A DNA stretch of 64,000 bases from the human T2T-CHM13v2.0 reference genome, Homo sapiens: assembly GCF_009914755.1 (NCBI RefSeq), contig NC_060941.1; one strand, given 5' to 3'. The position numbers and the translations under genes are program-made. The notes beneath the pieces were generated by a model that worked only from the letters and a program-made list of their open reading frames with translations, had not been told where the DNA came from and ran no database searches. Shown in pieces: positions 43,779 through 58,145 of this stretch; position 1 is the first letter of the stretch; each line of letters opens with the position of its first letter.

Positions 43779-44812
43779 TGAAGAAGCCAGAAGTGGGGTG
43801 CATGGTCTATCACCCCACTTGAGAGGAATGGCCTTAGGTCTAGAGACAAGAGTTCACTTATTTGCTGAAGTCCTTAAGGACTGAGAAGACTAGAGATTTC
43901 TTTCTTGTAACTGGATACCTGAGGGTCAACAGTTTCTCCAAACTGAGCCCCAGATTCCAGAGTTAGCTGCCCATTCCCTCAGCCCAGCACCAAACCATAA
44001 AGTAGCGCAAAATGCACTGAGTCAGAGGCCTGGATTGAAAATCCTGCTCTGTACACATGAGTGAGGTTTTCCCTAGCAAGGCACTTTAAGACATGGGCCT
44101 CGGTGTCTTCATCTGTAAAATGGGGCAAATAACCACCTACTTCACAAGTTATTATGAGGGCCCACTGTAGTTATAGATGTCCACGTGCTTTGGGGAAGGC
44201 CATATATATTGTAGGGAAAATGTCATATTCCCTAGGCATTTGCGCAGACTCCTCCTGTCCCCTGCCCCTTGCTGACTTGCCAGGAGGACTCAAAATACAT
44301 CATTATTTTGATTTAGAAAGTCCTCAGCCCCAGCCCCAAGTCTTTCCTGCTTGTGATCTTCTGGGCTTGAGCTTCATGGTGATTCCAGGAGCGAGTTCCC
44401 CAAGTTGGAGGAAGGCAGCTGGGGAGGTGGCATTCCAGGCGGCATGTCAGCGAGTGAGTCAGGGCTGGGGCGGTCCTCCTCCTCCTCCCTGGAGGTGGGA
44501 GAGGGCCTGCCTAACTAGCTTCTGGCTCAGGGCCCAGATGAGGTTACTCTCATTTGCATATATCTGCATATATGTAAATTTCACCTGTGCACACTGGCAG
44601 GACTGGGAAAGACACTTGTGCAGGGGCAAACTAGTCAGTGTGGCTGGCTGCTTGCTGGAACATCTAACCCAGGATCTTGGTCCATGGTTCATTCCCACCA
44701 TAAAATGCCTGAATGTGTGAACCAGGCACCTGTCTCCTCTGGTTGCCCAGGCCGGCAACTTCACAGTCATTTTTGCTTCTACCCTCTCTGGTACAGTTAC
44801 CTAGCCCAGTAG

Positions 44813-45497
<685 letters not shown>

Positions 45498-45539
45498 CAG
45501 TCTCCTCATTTGTAAAGTGGGGATAAGAATAGGATTCTC

Positions 45540-46869
<1,330 letters not shown>

Positions 46870-47121
46870 TTAATGTTATCACTTCTCTTACTGACATTCT
46901 ATAGAGGACATTCCTCTCCTGGGGTCCCCTCCTCTTCTCAGCCATCTTCAGCCCTTCCTCTGCCCTTGCTGAATGGTGCTTCTCCAGGTAAGACAACCCC
47001 ATGGTAGTTAAGAGGGCTAAGCTGGCCTGGGTTCCAGTTCCAGCTTTTAGGCAAGTTATTTGACATTTCTGTGCCTCGGTTTCCAGTTTCCTCATCTATA
47101 AAATGAGGATACTATTGATAG

Positions 47122-47440
<319 letters not shown>

Positions 47441-48743
47441 AGAGTGTCTTATATTCTTATATAGAGAGAATGTACCACATACAATTCTTGTGATGATTCA
47501 ATAAAATAATCCATGTAAGGGCTTAGCAAAGTGCCTGGAGCACAGACAACACTTAAGTGTTTGCTGATATTATCAATATTATTGTGTTACCCAAGGCACA
47601 AGGCCTCAGGTCACCACTGCTCCCCTTCTCCCCTAAAGGCCCTGGGACAGGCTCTGCAAGGTTTCTCAGAGGGGTCTCCAAGAATAGAGCCTTCATCTGG
47701 ATCCTCTTGTCTACACACCCAGAGATCTACTACCCTGCCCTCCCTCTCTTTCCTGTGGAAAGCACCAGAGGCAGCAGTGCCCCATTGGTTGGGAGTGTGG
47801 GGCTGAGCTCCCCTTCCTCACTAGTTTTGGGGCTCATGCCAGAATTTGGGCTACAAAGAGCTGTTTTCCCCCAAGGTCCAGCCTGGACAGGTGAGAGTCA
47901 GCTCAGAGTCTGGGAGGGGTGTGCAGGGGAGGGGAGAGGCAAACTGACTTGAGAAGGTGGAAAGTCTTCAGGGCTCAGTTCCCCAACCAGCTTGCACCGC
48001 CCTCACCCCATGAAACTAGTGCAAACCCTCCCCACTTCTCTGCCCATTTTCCTTCCCCCTCACCACGTCCTCCAGCCTTTTCCAGGCAGCAGCTAGTGAA
48101 CTTCCAGTGTGGGATCATTTTCCAAGGAGAATTAATGAGGGTGATTGACAGCCGAGGGTGGAAGCCAGGCTGGAGGAGGTGCGCCATGCACCACCCCCTC
48201 CGTAAACCGCTGAGAGTGGGTCCACGACCCTCCTCTCGGCCAACCACTCCCGCCCCGCCCCCATAGCTGAGCAAGGTGAGGGGGAGGTTTGGGGGAGAGA
48301 CAGCGGAGGGAGGGTGGGACTGAGTTACCTTTCACCTTTACCTCTGCCTACCCTCCCCCCACACCAGGCCTGGGGACCCAAGAGCCCAACACAGGGGTAC
48401 ACAGGGAAAGCCTGAGTTTGAGATTTTTTGTAGTTGTGATTATTTTTCTCACATTGAAGGGAAGGGGTATGGGTATGTCTGTGCGCCCATGCGGCCACTC
48501 CACTCTCCTCCTCAAGGCAATATTTCCCTCGTTCTCCCAAGCCCAAACCAGCAGAGGTAAGGCTGTCTCCTCCCAGGCTGAGCTGCCCTGATCAGGATTC
48601 AGAGACCAGACCTTTTGTTATGAAAGAAAAGCAGTCTGGACTTCCAAAGGGTCTGGTTCGGGTGGGGTCACTGGTCAAAAAGTTAAACCAATAACCCCAC
48701 CCTTGTAGACCCTCCATCAACTCCAGGGGGTCCAGAGGGCAGG

Positions 48744-48975
48744 TGTGAGTGTGTGTGTGTGTGTGTGTGTTGTGGGGGGGGTGGTTGTGTGTGTACGTGT
48801 GGTGGCCGTGTGCTGTGTTTGTTGTGTATGTGTGATGTGGCTGTGTGGTTGCCTATGGAGTGTATGCTGAGGCTATTGGGTGGCAGAAGTATACGTCTGT
48901 GCATCTATGTGTTTGTGGTGTTTTTGGTGTGTGTGTCTGTGTGTGCGCGCGCGCGCTCTGTGTTGTATTGTGTGC
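48744..48975. repeat. (GT)n microsatellite and GT-rich low-complexity tract ending in (GT)n(GC)n
   Basis: Direct reading. Confidence 0.9.
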
Positions 48976-49489
48976 GCTAGTGCACGCATTGTCTTCGATG
49001 TTGCCGCTAGAGGAACCTTCCAACTCCCACTACTCCCACCTCCGGCTTTCACCCTGCACCCGGCGATGAAGACGTCGGCGAAACGCCTACTTTCCATGCC
49101 TAGGTCTGGGAAGGTCTGAAGATCCCGGCGGAGCTGCCTTCGTTCGGGGCCGGGCAAATTCGTTGCAGCCGGGTTGGCCTCAGGGCCTCTCGCCGGCTCG
49201 CTATGTTTCCCCGGGGCGCCCTGGCAGGCCAGCCGGCGGTCTGTCAGTCCAGCTCCTGGTGCGGGCGCCTCGTTTTGGTCCACCGGGTCCGGGGCTGGGA
49301 CACCGAGGGAAAACTTCAGAGCTCCGGGCCACCGAGCCTGGAAGTTACGCGTCCCCCAGCCCACGCGTCCCCAATCCCGGGGTATTTCCTGCTCCCTCAT
49401 CCAGCGAAGTTCAGCGTCGCGTGTCTCCCCAGCGGCGCAGCCTGCCTCCAAGACACCCTCAAAACCGCCTCATTTTTTGTTAACCGTTT

Positions 49490-49521
<32 letters not shown>

Positions 49522-50900
49522 TTCCTCCGTCCCCCCACCCCGTGTCCCAAGAATTTTTCCTAGTTTTGTTTTTAACATGTTTAGTGTGTGCATAAAACAT
49601 CCCAGCTAATCTCAAATAGACTTTTCCTGAGCAGAGGCTGAAATTTGCAAGTAATGCAAAGAAGACTCCGGGAGAGCGTCGCCGATGGTGGAGCGGGAGA
49701 CGGGCGTGGGGAGCCCCACTGCAGTGCTGGGATCGAAGTGGTGCTGACCCCAAGACCTCTCCCCTCCTCCTCCCCCGGGAGCTTCTCCAGGGTTATTTGG
49801 GAAATGAGGCGGGAACTCCAATCCCTGAGAAAGCGCTCAGGGGCTTGCTGAGGTGAGCGCAAATGGAAGCACAAGGCCGGGCTGGCCGTGGGCTCAGTAA
49901 CCAGTCGGCTGCCCGGCTTGCGCCAGCACTAAATGCTCGATCAGAAAGAGAAAAAGAGGCGCAATAATTCCAAATTTCAGGAAAAGTCAAATCGGAGAGG
50001 GGGGACGCAGGTCTCTTCAGACTGCCCATTCTCCGGGCCTCGCTGAATGCGGGGGCTCTATCCACAGCGCGCGGGGCCGAGCTCAGGCAGGCTGGGGCGA
50101 AGATCTGATTCTTTCCTTCCCGCCGCCAAACCGAATTAATCAGTTTCTTCAACCTGAGTTACTAAGAAAGAAAGGTCCTTCCAAATAAAACTGAAAATCA
50201 CTGCGAATGACAATACTATACTACAAGTTCGTTTTGGGGCCGGTGGGTGGGATGGAGGAGAAAGGGCACGGATAATCCCGGAGGGCCGCGGAGTGAGGAG
50301 GACTATGGTCGCGGTGGAATCTCTGTTCCGCTGGCACATCCGCGCAGGTGCGGCTCTGAGTGCTGGCTCGGGGTTACAGACCTCGGCATCCGGCTGCAGG
50401 GGCAGACAGAGACCTCCTCTGCTAGGGCGTGCGGTAGGCATCGTATGGAGCCCAGAGACTGCCGAGAGCACTGCGCACTCACCAAGTGTTAGGGGTGCCC
50501 GTGATAGACCGCCAGGGAAGGGGCTGGTTCGGAGGGAATTCCCGCTACCGGGAAGGTCGGAACTCGGGGTGATCAAACAAGGAATGCATCTCACCTCCGT
50601 GGGTGCTTGTGCTGCGCAAGGAATTATTACCGGAGCGGTTGCGATGGCCTTTGCCCGGCGACCCAAGAAGAGTAAGCAAACTACCGTCCACCCAGCGGAT
50701 CAGGTCCAATCCCTGCGCCTCGGCCCAATCCCTAGAGCCCCGCGGCGCCGTATCCCCTCCCCCCCAACTCTGGACCCCGCCGTCTGTCCCCGCGGCATCA
50801 CCAGGGTGCTGGAGTTTTCCGAGCAGGCCCCTTGCGCTAAGCGAGAGGATCTGTGAGGGAAAGTTGGGAGAGCCACTTCTGGCTTTTGTGAAGATCCCGG
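48940..50900. promoter_or_regulatory. Upstream CpG island about 4-5 kb 5' of DLX4
   Basis: Sustained CpG-rich sequence with no interspersed repeats, broken by short AT-rich blocks. Confidence 0.75.
49490..49521. repeat. (CT)n microsatellite
   Basis: Direct reading. Confidence 0.9.
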
Positions 50901-51218
50901 GCCTGAGGTATTGGTAGTGACAGGAGAGAGTTCTCTTTTTTTCTTCCTTCTTTCCATCCCTCCTCCTCCCCCCACTTCTTCTTTTTGGTTTTCTCATGGT
51001 TTTGGATTTTAGTTTTTGCAATTTGTCATAAAGCAAATGACAAAGGCTTGGAGTTCTTAGTCCAGCTCAGTTCTTTTATCCCTTCTGGGTAAACCAGTCT
51101 CAGAGAAGGCAAATGACTGATGCAAAATATCCCAACCAGCAACTTCGTGGCTGAACTGGACCAGAACCCAAGCCTCAAGAGTCTCAAGCCAGCTCTCCCT
51201 CTTTAAAAATTTTTTTGT

Positions 51219-51299
51219 AAAATATGGAATGCTTCATAAATTTGCATGTCATCCTGGTGCAAGGGCCATGCTAATCGTCTCTGTATTGGTTCAACTTTT
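51219..51299 (-). pseudogene. U6 snRNA retropseudogene, 5'-truncated
   Basis: + strand AAAATATGGAATGCTTCATAAATTTGCATGTCATCCTGGTGCAAGGGCCATGCTAATCGTCTCTGTATTGG is the reverse complement of the U6 3' ~80 nt with CpG-decay substitutions. The adjacent T-run corresponds to an A-tail. Confidence 0.9.
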
Positions 51300-51589
51300 T
51301 TTCCTAAGCAAGCATCCTCTCTCCCCTCTGATCCAATACGAGATTACTGTGCTTCCCAGCCCACATCCTCACCACGTCCACCTTTCCTGAGGTTGGTGAG
51401 ATGAGACTCCTATTGGAGAGGATCCCTCCCTGGGGAGCCTGCTTCTGAGGAGACCCCAGGTTATCCCAAGCTGGTGCCCCAGCCCCACACCCTCTGGAAT
51501 ATGGGAGAAGGGAGCCTTGAAGAAACAGGTGATGATGGAAGGAGATGTTTCCTCATTTGTAAAATGGGGATAATAGTGCCTGGAGTTTG

Positions 51590-51591
<2 letters not shown>

Positions 51592-51628
<37 letters not shown>

Positions 51629-51630
51629 AT
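51592..51630. repeat. (GT)n microsatellite
   Basis: Direct reading, about 16 units. Confidence 0.95.
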
Positions 51631-52556
51631 GCACGCACAGGACTTGGATGTTGTGAGTGCTTGATAAATTCCAAAGGGCTGCAGAGTATGTCCTGCTGCT
51701 GCATAGGGGTGAAGATCCTCTGAGTCCAGAGAAGCCCTGAGAGCTTAGAACTTAAGACAAGTATGCACTGGGGATCTCTTGGCTTTGGAGGATGCCCAAA
51801 GCCAACTGTGGCAGAACCCTGCCAGAAAACCCATGCCTGCCCTTCTTTCCTGGGTCTGACAAGAAAGGATTCTGTGCACATGGTTCTAAGAGGGAATGTC
51901 TTTCCACTTATCCTGTCAACTCCAGCTCAAAAGCACTTCCTTTGGGAAACCCTCCCTCACAGCCAACCCCACCCAAAAAACATTCTCTTCCTTTGATGCA
52001 CAACTTTGATGCCATCCCTGGAAACTCTCCTCAGCACTGCTGTAAGGCTGCCTCCATCCCTGTAGAGGAAAATGGTGATGGTAGAATGAAAGGTTTAGAA
52101 GGATATATATCCTCACAGGTTCACAGCTCCAGCTCTAAGGAGATGGTGGCATGGCGAGAATTAAGGAAGAAAGGGAGAAAGGTAGTCCCACATAGAATAA
52201 GCATTTCTCTACTGAGCAAACCCTCCACAGCCTGTTGGACGAGAGGGGAGTGGGTTCTCCAGCTGCCCTGCAAAAGCCCCTTCTTCCCGGCTCCAAGGCT
52301 TCAAGATGAAGAGCTCCAAGCCAGGTGCTAGAGTCTCTCCTTGGAAAAACTCACCTCTATCTATTCCACTGGGGAGTCTAGTTTGAAATAGACTTGCTCT
52401 TCCTCCTTGCAGGACACCTGACTGAACTTCAACCACCCCTGCACACCCATTTGATTGATTTTGTCTAAGGAGGCTTGGGCTCCATTCCCCAGCCAGTGTT
52501 TTCTCCTATTCTTCCAGGCTGCTGCCTCCTCCTCCTCCTCCTCCTCATCCTCCTCC

Positions 52557-52840
52557 TTCTTTTTTCGACATAGAGTCTCACTCGGTCAGTCAGGCTGGAG
52601 TGAAGTGGCATGATCTCAACTCACTGCTGCCTTAACCTCCAGGGCTCAAGTGATCCTCCTGCCTCAGTCTCCTGAGTAGCTGGGACTACGGGCATACACC
52701 ACCATGACCAGCTAATTTTTGTACTTTTTGTAGAGATGAGTCTCCCTATGTTGCCCAGGCTGATCTCAAACTCCTGAGCTCAACCGATCTGCCTGCCTGG
52801 GCCAAATGCTGGGATTACCGGCCTGAGCCACCTTGCCTGA
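52557..52840 (-). mobile_element. Alu (AluJ-like) with a (CCT)n-modified tail at 52524-52556
   Basis: Diverged Alu reverse complement. Confidence 0.88.
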
Positions 52841-53549
52841 TCTCTCTTTCTTATCACCATCCTCTTCCATCTCCCAGTTCTACGAGGGCTACCTTCACTC
52901 TGAACGCTAACAATGAGAGCATGTGTGTGTGTACAAACATGAATATGCCTGCCCAGTTGCATAAAGTGGGAACAGGTGTTTGGGTATGCTGGGGAATTTG
53001 TGAAGACTGGCAGTTTAGGGACACATCTAACATAAGGCATCTTAGATGTGTGTGGACAGGTATTTCTCATAGAGCAGGAACACAAGTATACATTTTATAT
53101 GCTTGGATCTTCTGTATTTTCTAGTAGGTACACCAGTGATTTGACTTGTATACTCATGAATCCATGTAAGAGACAAGTACTAGATAGTGTTTTTATTTAG
53201 GGATAGTGCTAATTCATCTTTAGGTATGTAGATGTATACACATCACAGCCTAAAGTGTTTGCAGATTTACAAATGAACCTCTCTTTTTATAGAGGAATGC
53301 TAGTGTGAACATCAGTGTAGGTACCTCCATGTTGGTATATGTGAGTATACATGTTGTATTTGAATGGAGTCCCTGTGTAGTTGTGTACACGTGTCAATAA
53401 ATGCTTGTATACGTGGACACGTGTCCATCGAGGCCATGGATACTAATGTTTAGAAGCAAGTCCTGAACACAGCCTGGAAAATGCGCCAGGGAGACTGGCC
53501 TGCAGTATTTCCTGTGCCCGCCCAGGAGCCATCCAACTGGACTCATCTC

Positions 53550-54980
53550 CCACTCCCAGATTTCGTCCGGGTTCAAGCAACACTTCAGCCCCCTGCGGCG
53601 CCAGGTAAGGCGGGGCACCGCACAGGCTAAAGCCCAGAGGGCGGATCCCTTCTTCAGCCTCGGGGGCCTGCAAGGAGCTGCGGTGTCGCAACCAAACCAG
53701 GGCCCCTGCCGGAAGCGGAAGCCAGCACGCAGGGCGGTGGGGTGCAGCGGCGGCGGTCTCGGCGTGCCAGGCCCAGGGCGCCCCGCGGGGGCGTGCGCGC
53801 CACACGCGTGCGGGGCAGGCTGGGCGCCGGGCGGCACCCTCCCAGCCCCGGCGTCTATTTACCAACAAACTGCCGGCGCTCAGCAGCGGCGCATTCCGAC
53901 GCGCTGACTAAGCGGTTGGCGCTGGCGGTCTGCACTTGACTCCCCTTCAGGTCCACCGCGGCTGGACCAGAATCGACGTGCAGATCCCCGAAATCGGGAG
54001 ACTGCAAATGCAGATTCCCTGCGTCTCCGCAGCCCCCGGGCCTCTGCCCACCACCCAGCTCCCTGTCTCTTGGGCATCCAGTCTCGCCACCTCTCTAGCA
54101 TTTCTGCCATTATAACCGAGGTTCCTGGACTGCACCAATCGCTCTGCAACCCCAGCACCTCTCGGAGGAGACCCCGAGGTAGACCGGCCTGGAGCATGCG
54201 CACCGCCCCTCTCCCATTTACCACTTCTCTACAGCGGGCTGTCCCGGGGGGCGGGGCCCGGCTGCAAGTCTCCGTGAGGTCACCGCGGGCGGTAGCCAAT
54301 CCGGGACGTCTAAGAGGGCGGGGCCCCCGTCGGGTCCCGGGAACCGAACCCGATGGAGAGGAGGGGGCCCCCATGGATTTAGGGGGGGAGGGGAAAGTCA
54401 TGGGGGGGCACCCCCCCGGAACCCCTTTCCCAGGCGCGCGTTCTCCGCTGAAAGAGGCTCAGAGAGACACTTTCTCCGGGATCTTAAGTGTGGGGGCTGC
54501 TGGCTGGGGGGCCCGTCCGGCCCAACGCCGGAGGCTTGGAAAAGAGAGTTGGCAGCGGGAGCGGACTACGTGCCGGGCCATGGCCCTTCTGCCCGGGCCC
54601 TGGCCACAATGACCTCTTTGCCCTGCCCCCTCCCCGGCCGGGACGCCTCCAAAGCTGTCTTCCCAGACCTCGCCCCTGTCCCGTCGGTAGCGGCTGCCTA
54701 CCCGCTTGGCTTGTCCCCTACAACCGCAGCCTCCCCCAATTTGTCCTACTCCAGGCCGTATGGCCACCTCCTGTCTTACCCCTACACCGAGCCAGCGAAC
54801 CCCGGAGACTCCTACCTGTCCTGCCAGCAACCCGCGGCGCTCTCTCAGCCCCTCTGCGGACCTGCAGAGCACCCTCAGGAACTCGAGGCAGGTAAGTTCG
54901 GCCGTGGAGGCTCTTCCCACCTCTGGGGTTCGGCTCCTGTGCGCCCCTAAACTTCTCCCTCGCCTGGTTGGACGCAGCTA
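53550..54980 (+). promoter_or_regulatory. DLX4 promoter CpG island (TATA-less)
   Basis: Dense CpG. CCAAT at 54135-54139 and 54296-54300. GC boxes at 54247-54257 and 54314-54324. Tandem ETS CCGGAAGCGGAAG at 53709-53721. NRF1-like GCATGCGCA near 54194. Confidence 0.85.
54609..54891 (+). CDS. DLX4: DLX4 coding exon 1 (long isoform, BP1/isoform a; MTSLPCPLPGRDASKAVF...QELEA)
   Basis: ATG at 54609. Translation matches the DLX4 N-terminus as I recall it. Ends at a strong donor GCAG|GTAAGT (phase 1, 283 nt). Confidence 0.97.
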
Positions 54981-57900
54981 GCGGGATTCAAACCTTCCTT
55001 GGATTCCCTGGGATGTGGGGGTGGGGGGAGGGCGAAGGGATGGGGCGGGAGACACGGGGGGAGGGGCGGGGGAGAGTTGATCTAGGTCTCCTTTCAAAAC
55101 CGACCTGGTTTCGATTTGCAGTTGTGTAAAGACAGGCGAGAGGGCCCCCCCAACCCCCCACCTGGAGCAGCGGGGCTGTCTGTACCTACTAGTAACAGAA
55201 AACTGAAGCAATCCAGATGTGGGGATGGGGGCCTAGCCCCTTTGTCAGAATCCCCCAGCCCCCGTCCTGTACTCCCTTTCTGCCCCATTGTCGCCCCTCT
55301 CTGCGTTAGTCTTGTCTCAGAAAGCAGTGATCAAGCCAAACACTGAAAAACAGATCAAGTCCTGGTAGGAGGGCTGTAGACATCGAGGCTTATTCTGGGC
55401 TCTGTCCTCTCCCTTCCCTGGCCTTACCCGCTCTCCTCAGACCAGGCCTGACCTTGACTGGAAGCTGGCCTGGCAGAATCTGGGAGTAGGACCCTTCTAT
55501 CCATTGTTCTGAGAAGGTAGCCAAAGGCTGGTAGGAAAGTCGCTCATCTCTCCCTGACTACCTCAGCCTTCCAGCCAAAGGAGCCGGCCATCGCTGTCAT
55601 CTCCACTCTTTGGCTTTGGGGTAGGTTAGGCCACAGTTCCCGTTGCCTGGAGCAACTCTGAGCTCCTGAGAAAGTGCTCACTGGAAGGCCTCAATGAAGC
55701 GGAGAACCTGGCCCGTCTTTGGGATCCTGGGCCTTGCAGCTGAGCTGACATACAATGTGGGTATGGCATTGCCCACAATCCCATCTGCACTGGCTCCAGC
55801 TTAGCCTCCAGGTCTCTGGACTCTCTGCCTCCATCTAATTGCTCACCCCCTCCTCCTGCAATTGTCTTTGGCAGTCTCTTCCAAGGAGGCACACCCATTA
55901 GGTGACTTCACTGGAGTCAGCTCAGGACCAAGACATCTTCCTCCCTTCTCCTGTGGCTCTGACATGCTCACAAACCATCAGAGCCAGAAGTGACCCTAGG
56001 ATTTAGAAGCTCAACTTCTTTGATGTATAGATGGGTAAAGCATGTGGCCAGGAGCATCGATTTTAGGGAGCTTCCTCCAACCCCCCCAAAATTAACTGCC
56101 TTCTGTGACAGAACTGTGGCTGTCTCCTGGGCTGCGGAGTGTGGCTGGAGTGGGCGCAGTTGCAGGGAGGAGTAGTTCTAGTTTTTCAAATGAATCCCTT
56201 TGACTGTCCTTTAGTGTATGCTAATAGGATATGTTTGTGTGTGTTATGTGTTTGGGGACTGGGGTGGGAATATCATGACCTTGTCCTCAGGGGAATTGCT
56301 GGCAGTAGGGTTGGTGTTGTCAGTCTTGTCTGAGATCTAAGGACAACAGAGTGGAGAGTTCATTTTCTTTAAGGACTTTCCCCCATCCAGCGAAAAACCA
56401 CACACACCCAGATTTCCTTAGAATACATTTCTAGCATTTCTCTGCTGGAACTGGTGGGTTTGGGCGCTCTAGAGTGGAGGGCATGTGATGGAGAGCATGG
56501 GGTCCTCCTTTTACTTCCACTCTATGTCCACTCCTGCCTTGGGAAAAGGTTTGGCTCCAAGTGAGCGGTGCCACCACCCCGTTGAGCCGTAGGGAGCAGC
56601 GGGCCTGGAGGGAGGCCTTGGGGCTCCATGATCGCGACCCGGGCAGATCTCGTAACTTGCTGGAACTGGGGTAGGGAAAGGCAGCTGTCCGGGAAGGAAC
56701 TTGGAGGGGGTCTGCTGGGAGAGTTGGGGCGCGGAGGGCTATGCGAATTCAGCAACCGGGTCGGCCTCAGAGACTCTGCGTCCCCGCTCGAATTGCGCAG
56801 TCCACGCAGCCAGAGAGGCGCGGGTGGGCTCTGGGCTGCCAGCCCAGAGCTGCCAGCAGTGGGGTCGAGGCAGGGGAGGCAGGACAGGCGCGGGCGGGAG
56901 CGGAAACCCAACGGTTTTTCTGGGAATTGGTTGAGGCAGGGTCGAGGAGGGAGGATCTCAGAAGCCCGCAGCGCCCGAGGCCACGGGTGAGGGATGCGGG
57001 GGAGGTGACGGCAGCTGGTGACCGCGGCTGGCCGAGGGCGGGTACACTGACGTGTGGAGGGTGAGCCCGACTAGGGGAAGAAGGTGGGGGGACGCGGGCG
57101 GACAGAAGCCGCTCTCTCTCGGCTCAGGTCGGCTGGACAGACCCGCAGGGAATGCGGCGAACGCTGCCCTAAGCGCCCGGGCATTGCGGCTGCTCCATCC
57201 GCCCTACTCCTCCCATTGCCTGGGACCTCTGCAGCGTCCCCGTAGAGCCGCGCAGGTTAGGGTGGCTGGCTTGGAAGAACAGAAACCCCTCGGCCCAACC
57301 CTCCCCTGTCCCTCAGCATTCTAGGGCTGGGCTGTCCCGCGGCCGAGATTCCTGGAGAGCTAGGCGGGCCAGAGCTGACCAGATCCCCCGCGGCGGCACC
57401 GCAGCGCGATCCAGGAGTGGCCCCGCCGGGCTACGCTGCGCGCTCTTGGAACCCGGGTCACCTTCCCTGCCGCCGGAACCGCTCTGTGCGCGCTGCCCAA
57501 CGAAGGAAGGGGCTGCCCCACGCAGACCCGGCTTCTGGGGGTCCCTGGAAACCCAGGCGGCCACGGTGTGGCGGGGGAGACATGGTCACTTTTCCTGCAG
57601 GGTGCGCCTGAGCAGAGGGGCAGCCCGTTACAGTAGGCGAGGCCAGGGCAAACCCGGGGTCACTATCAGCGCTGCGAGACTGGTATTCAAGGTCCTCTCA
57701 GCCGGGCCTCTCACCCACCCCGCTGGCCGCAGCCGGAGGCTGCCACGCGGACACCGTCTCAAGCCTCTGAGCATTGCTCTGAGCCTCTGCCTGCAATGTC
57801 CTTCCTCTGTCATCTCTAGGCCTCGGCTCAGCCCTGGACCTAGCCTTTCTGCCCCGCCCTACCCCAAGCTGGCGCCACCGCCCGTGGCTGAACTCCGACC

Positions 57901-58145
57901 TCCCACCGCAGGCGCCGCGGTACCCTGGCTGTGGCCCTCGGCGCTTTCTTCCTAGGGTCACAGGACCCATACGAGTGGGAGCTCCCTGGGAGCAGAACTG
58001 CGTCTTGTATCACCTGGCGCGGTGAACGTGGGGGTTGAAACGCTCCACGCGGAAGGTAGAGGGCAGGGGCCAAGGGGGCGATCCTGGTGGCTGCGCTTTT
58101 TGCTATTTGCTGCCGACGGCATGCAGACGAGATGCAAATAAGCTT

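Noticed and set aside
51219-51299. Functional U6 snRNA gene
   Set aside because: Missing about 25 5' nt, multiple substitutions including in the ACAGAGA-adjacent region, and no PSE/TATA upstream on the - strand.
57446-57955. 169-aa ORF in DLX4 intron 1
   Set aside because: TTG start; stop-poor CpG-island DNA; no recognisable domain and no clear splice to exon 2.
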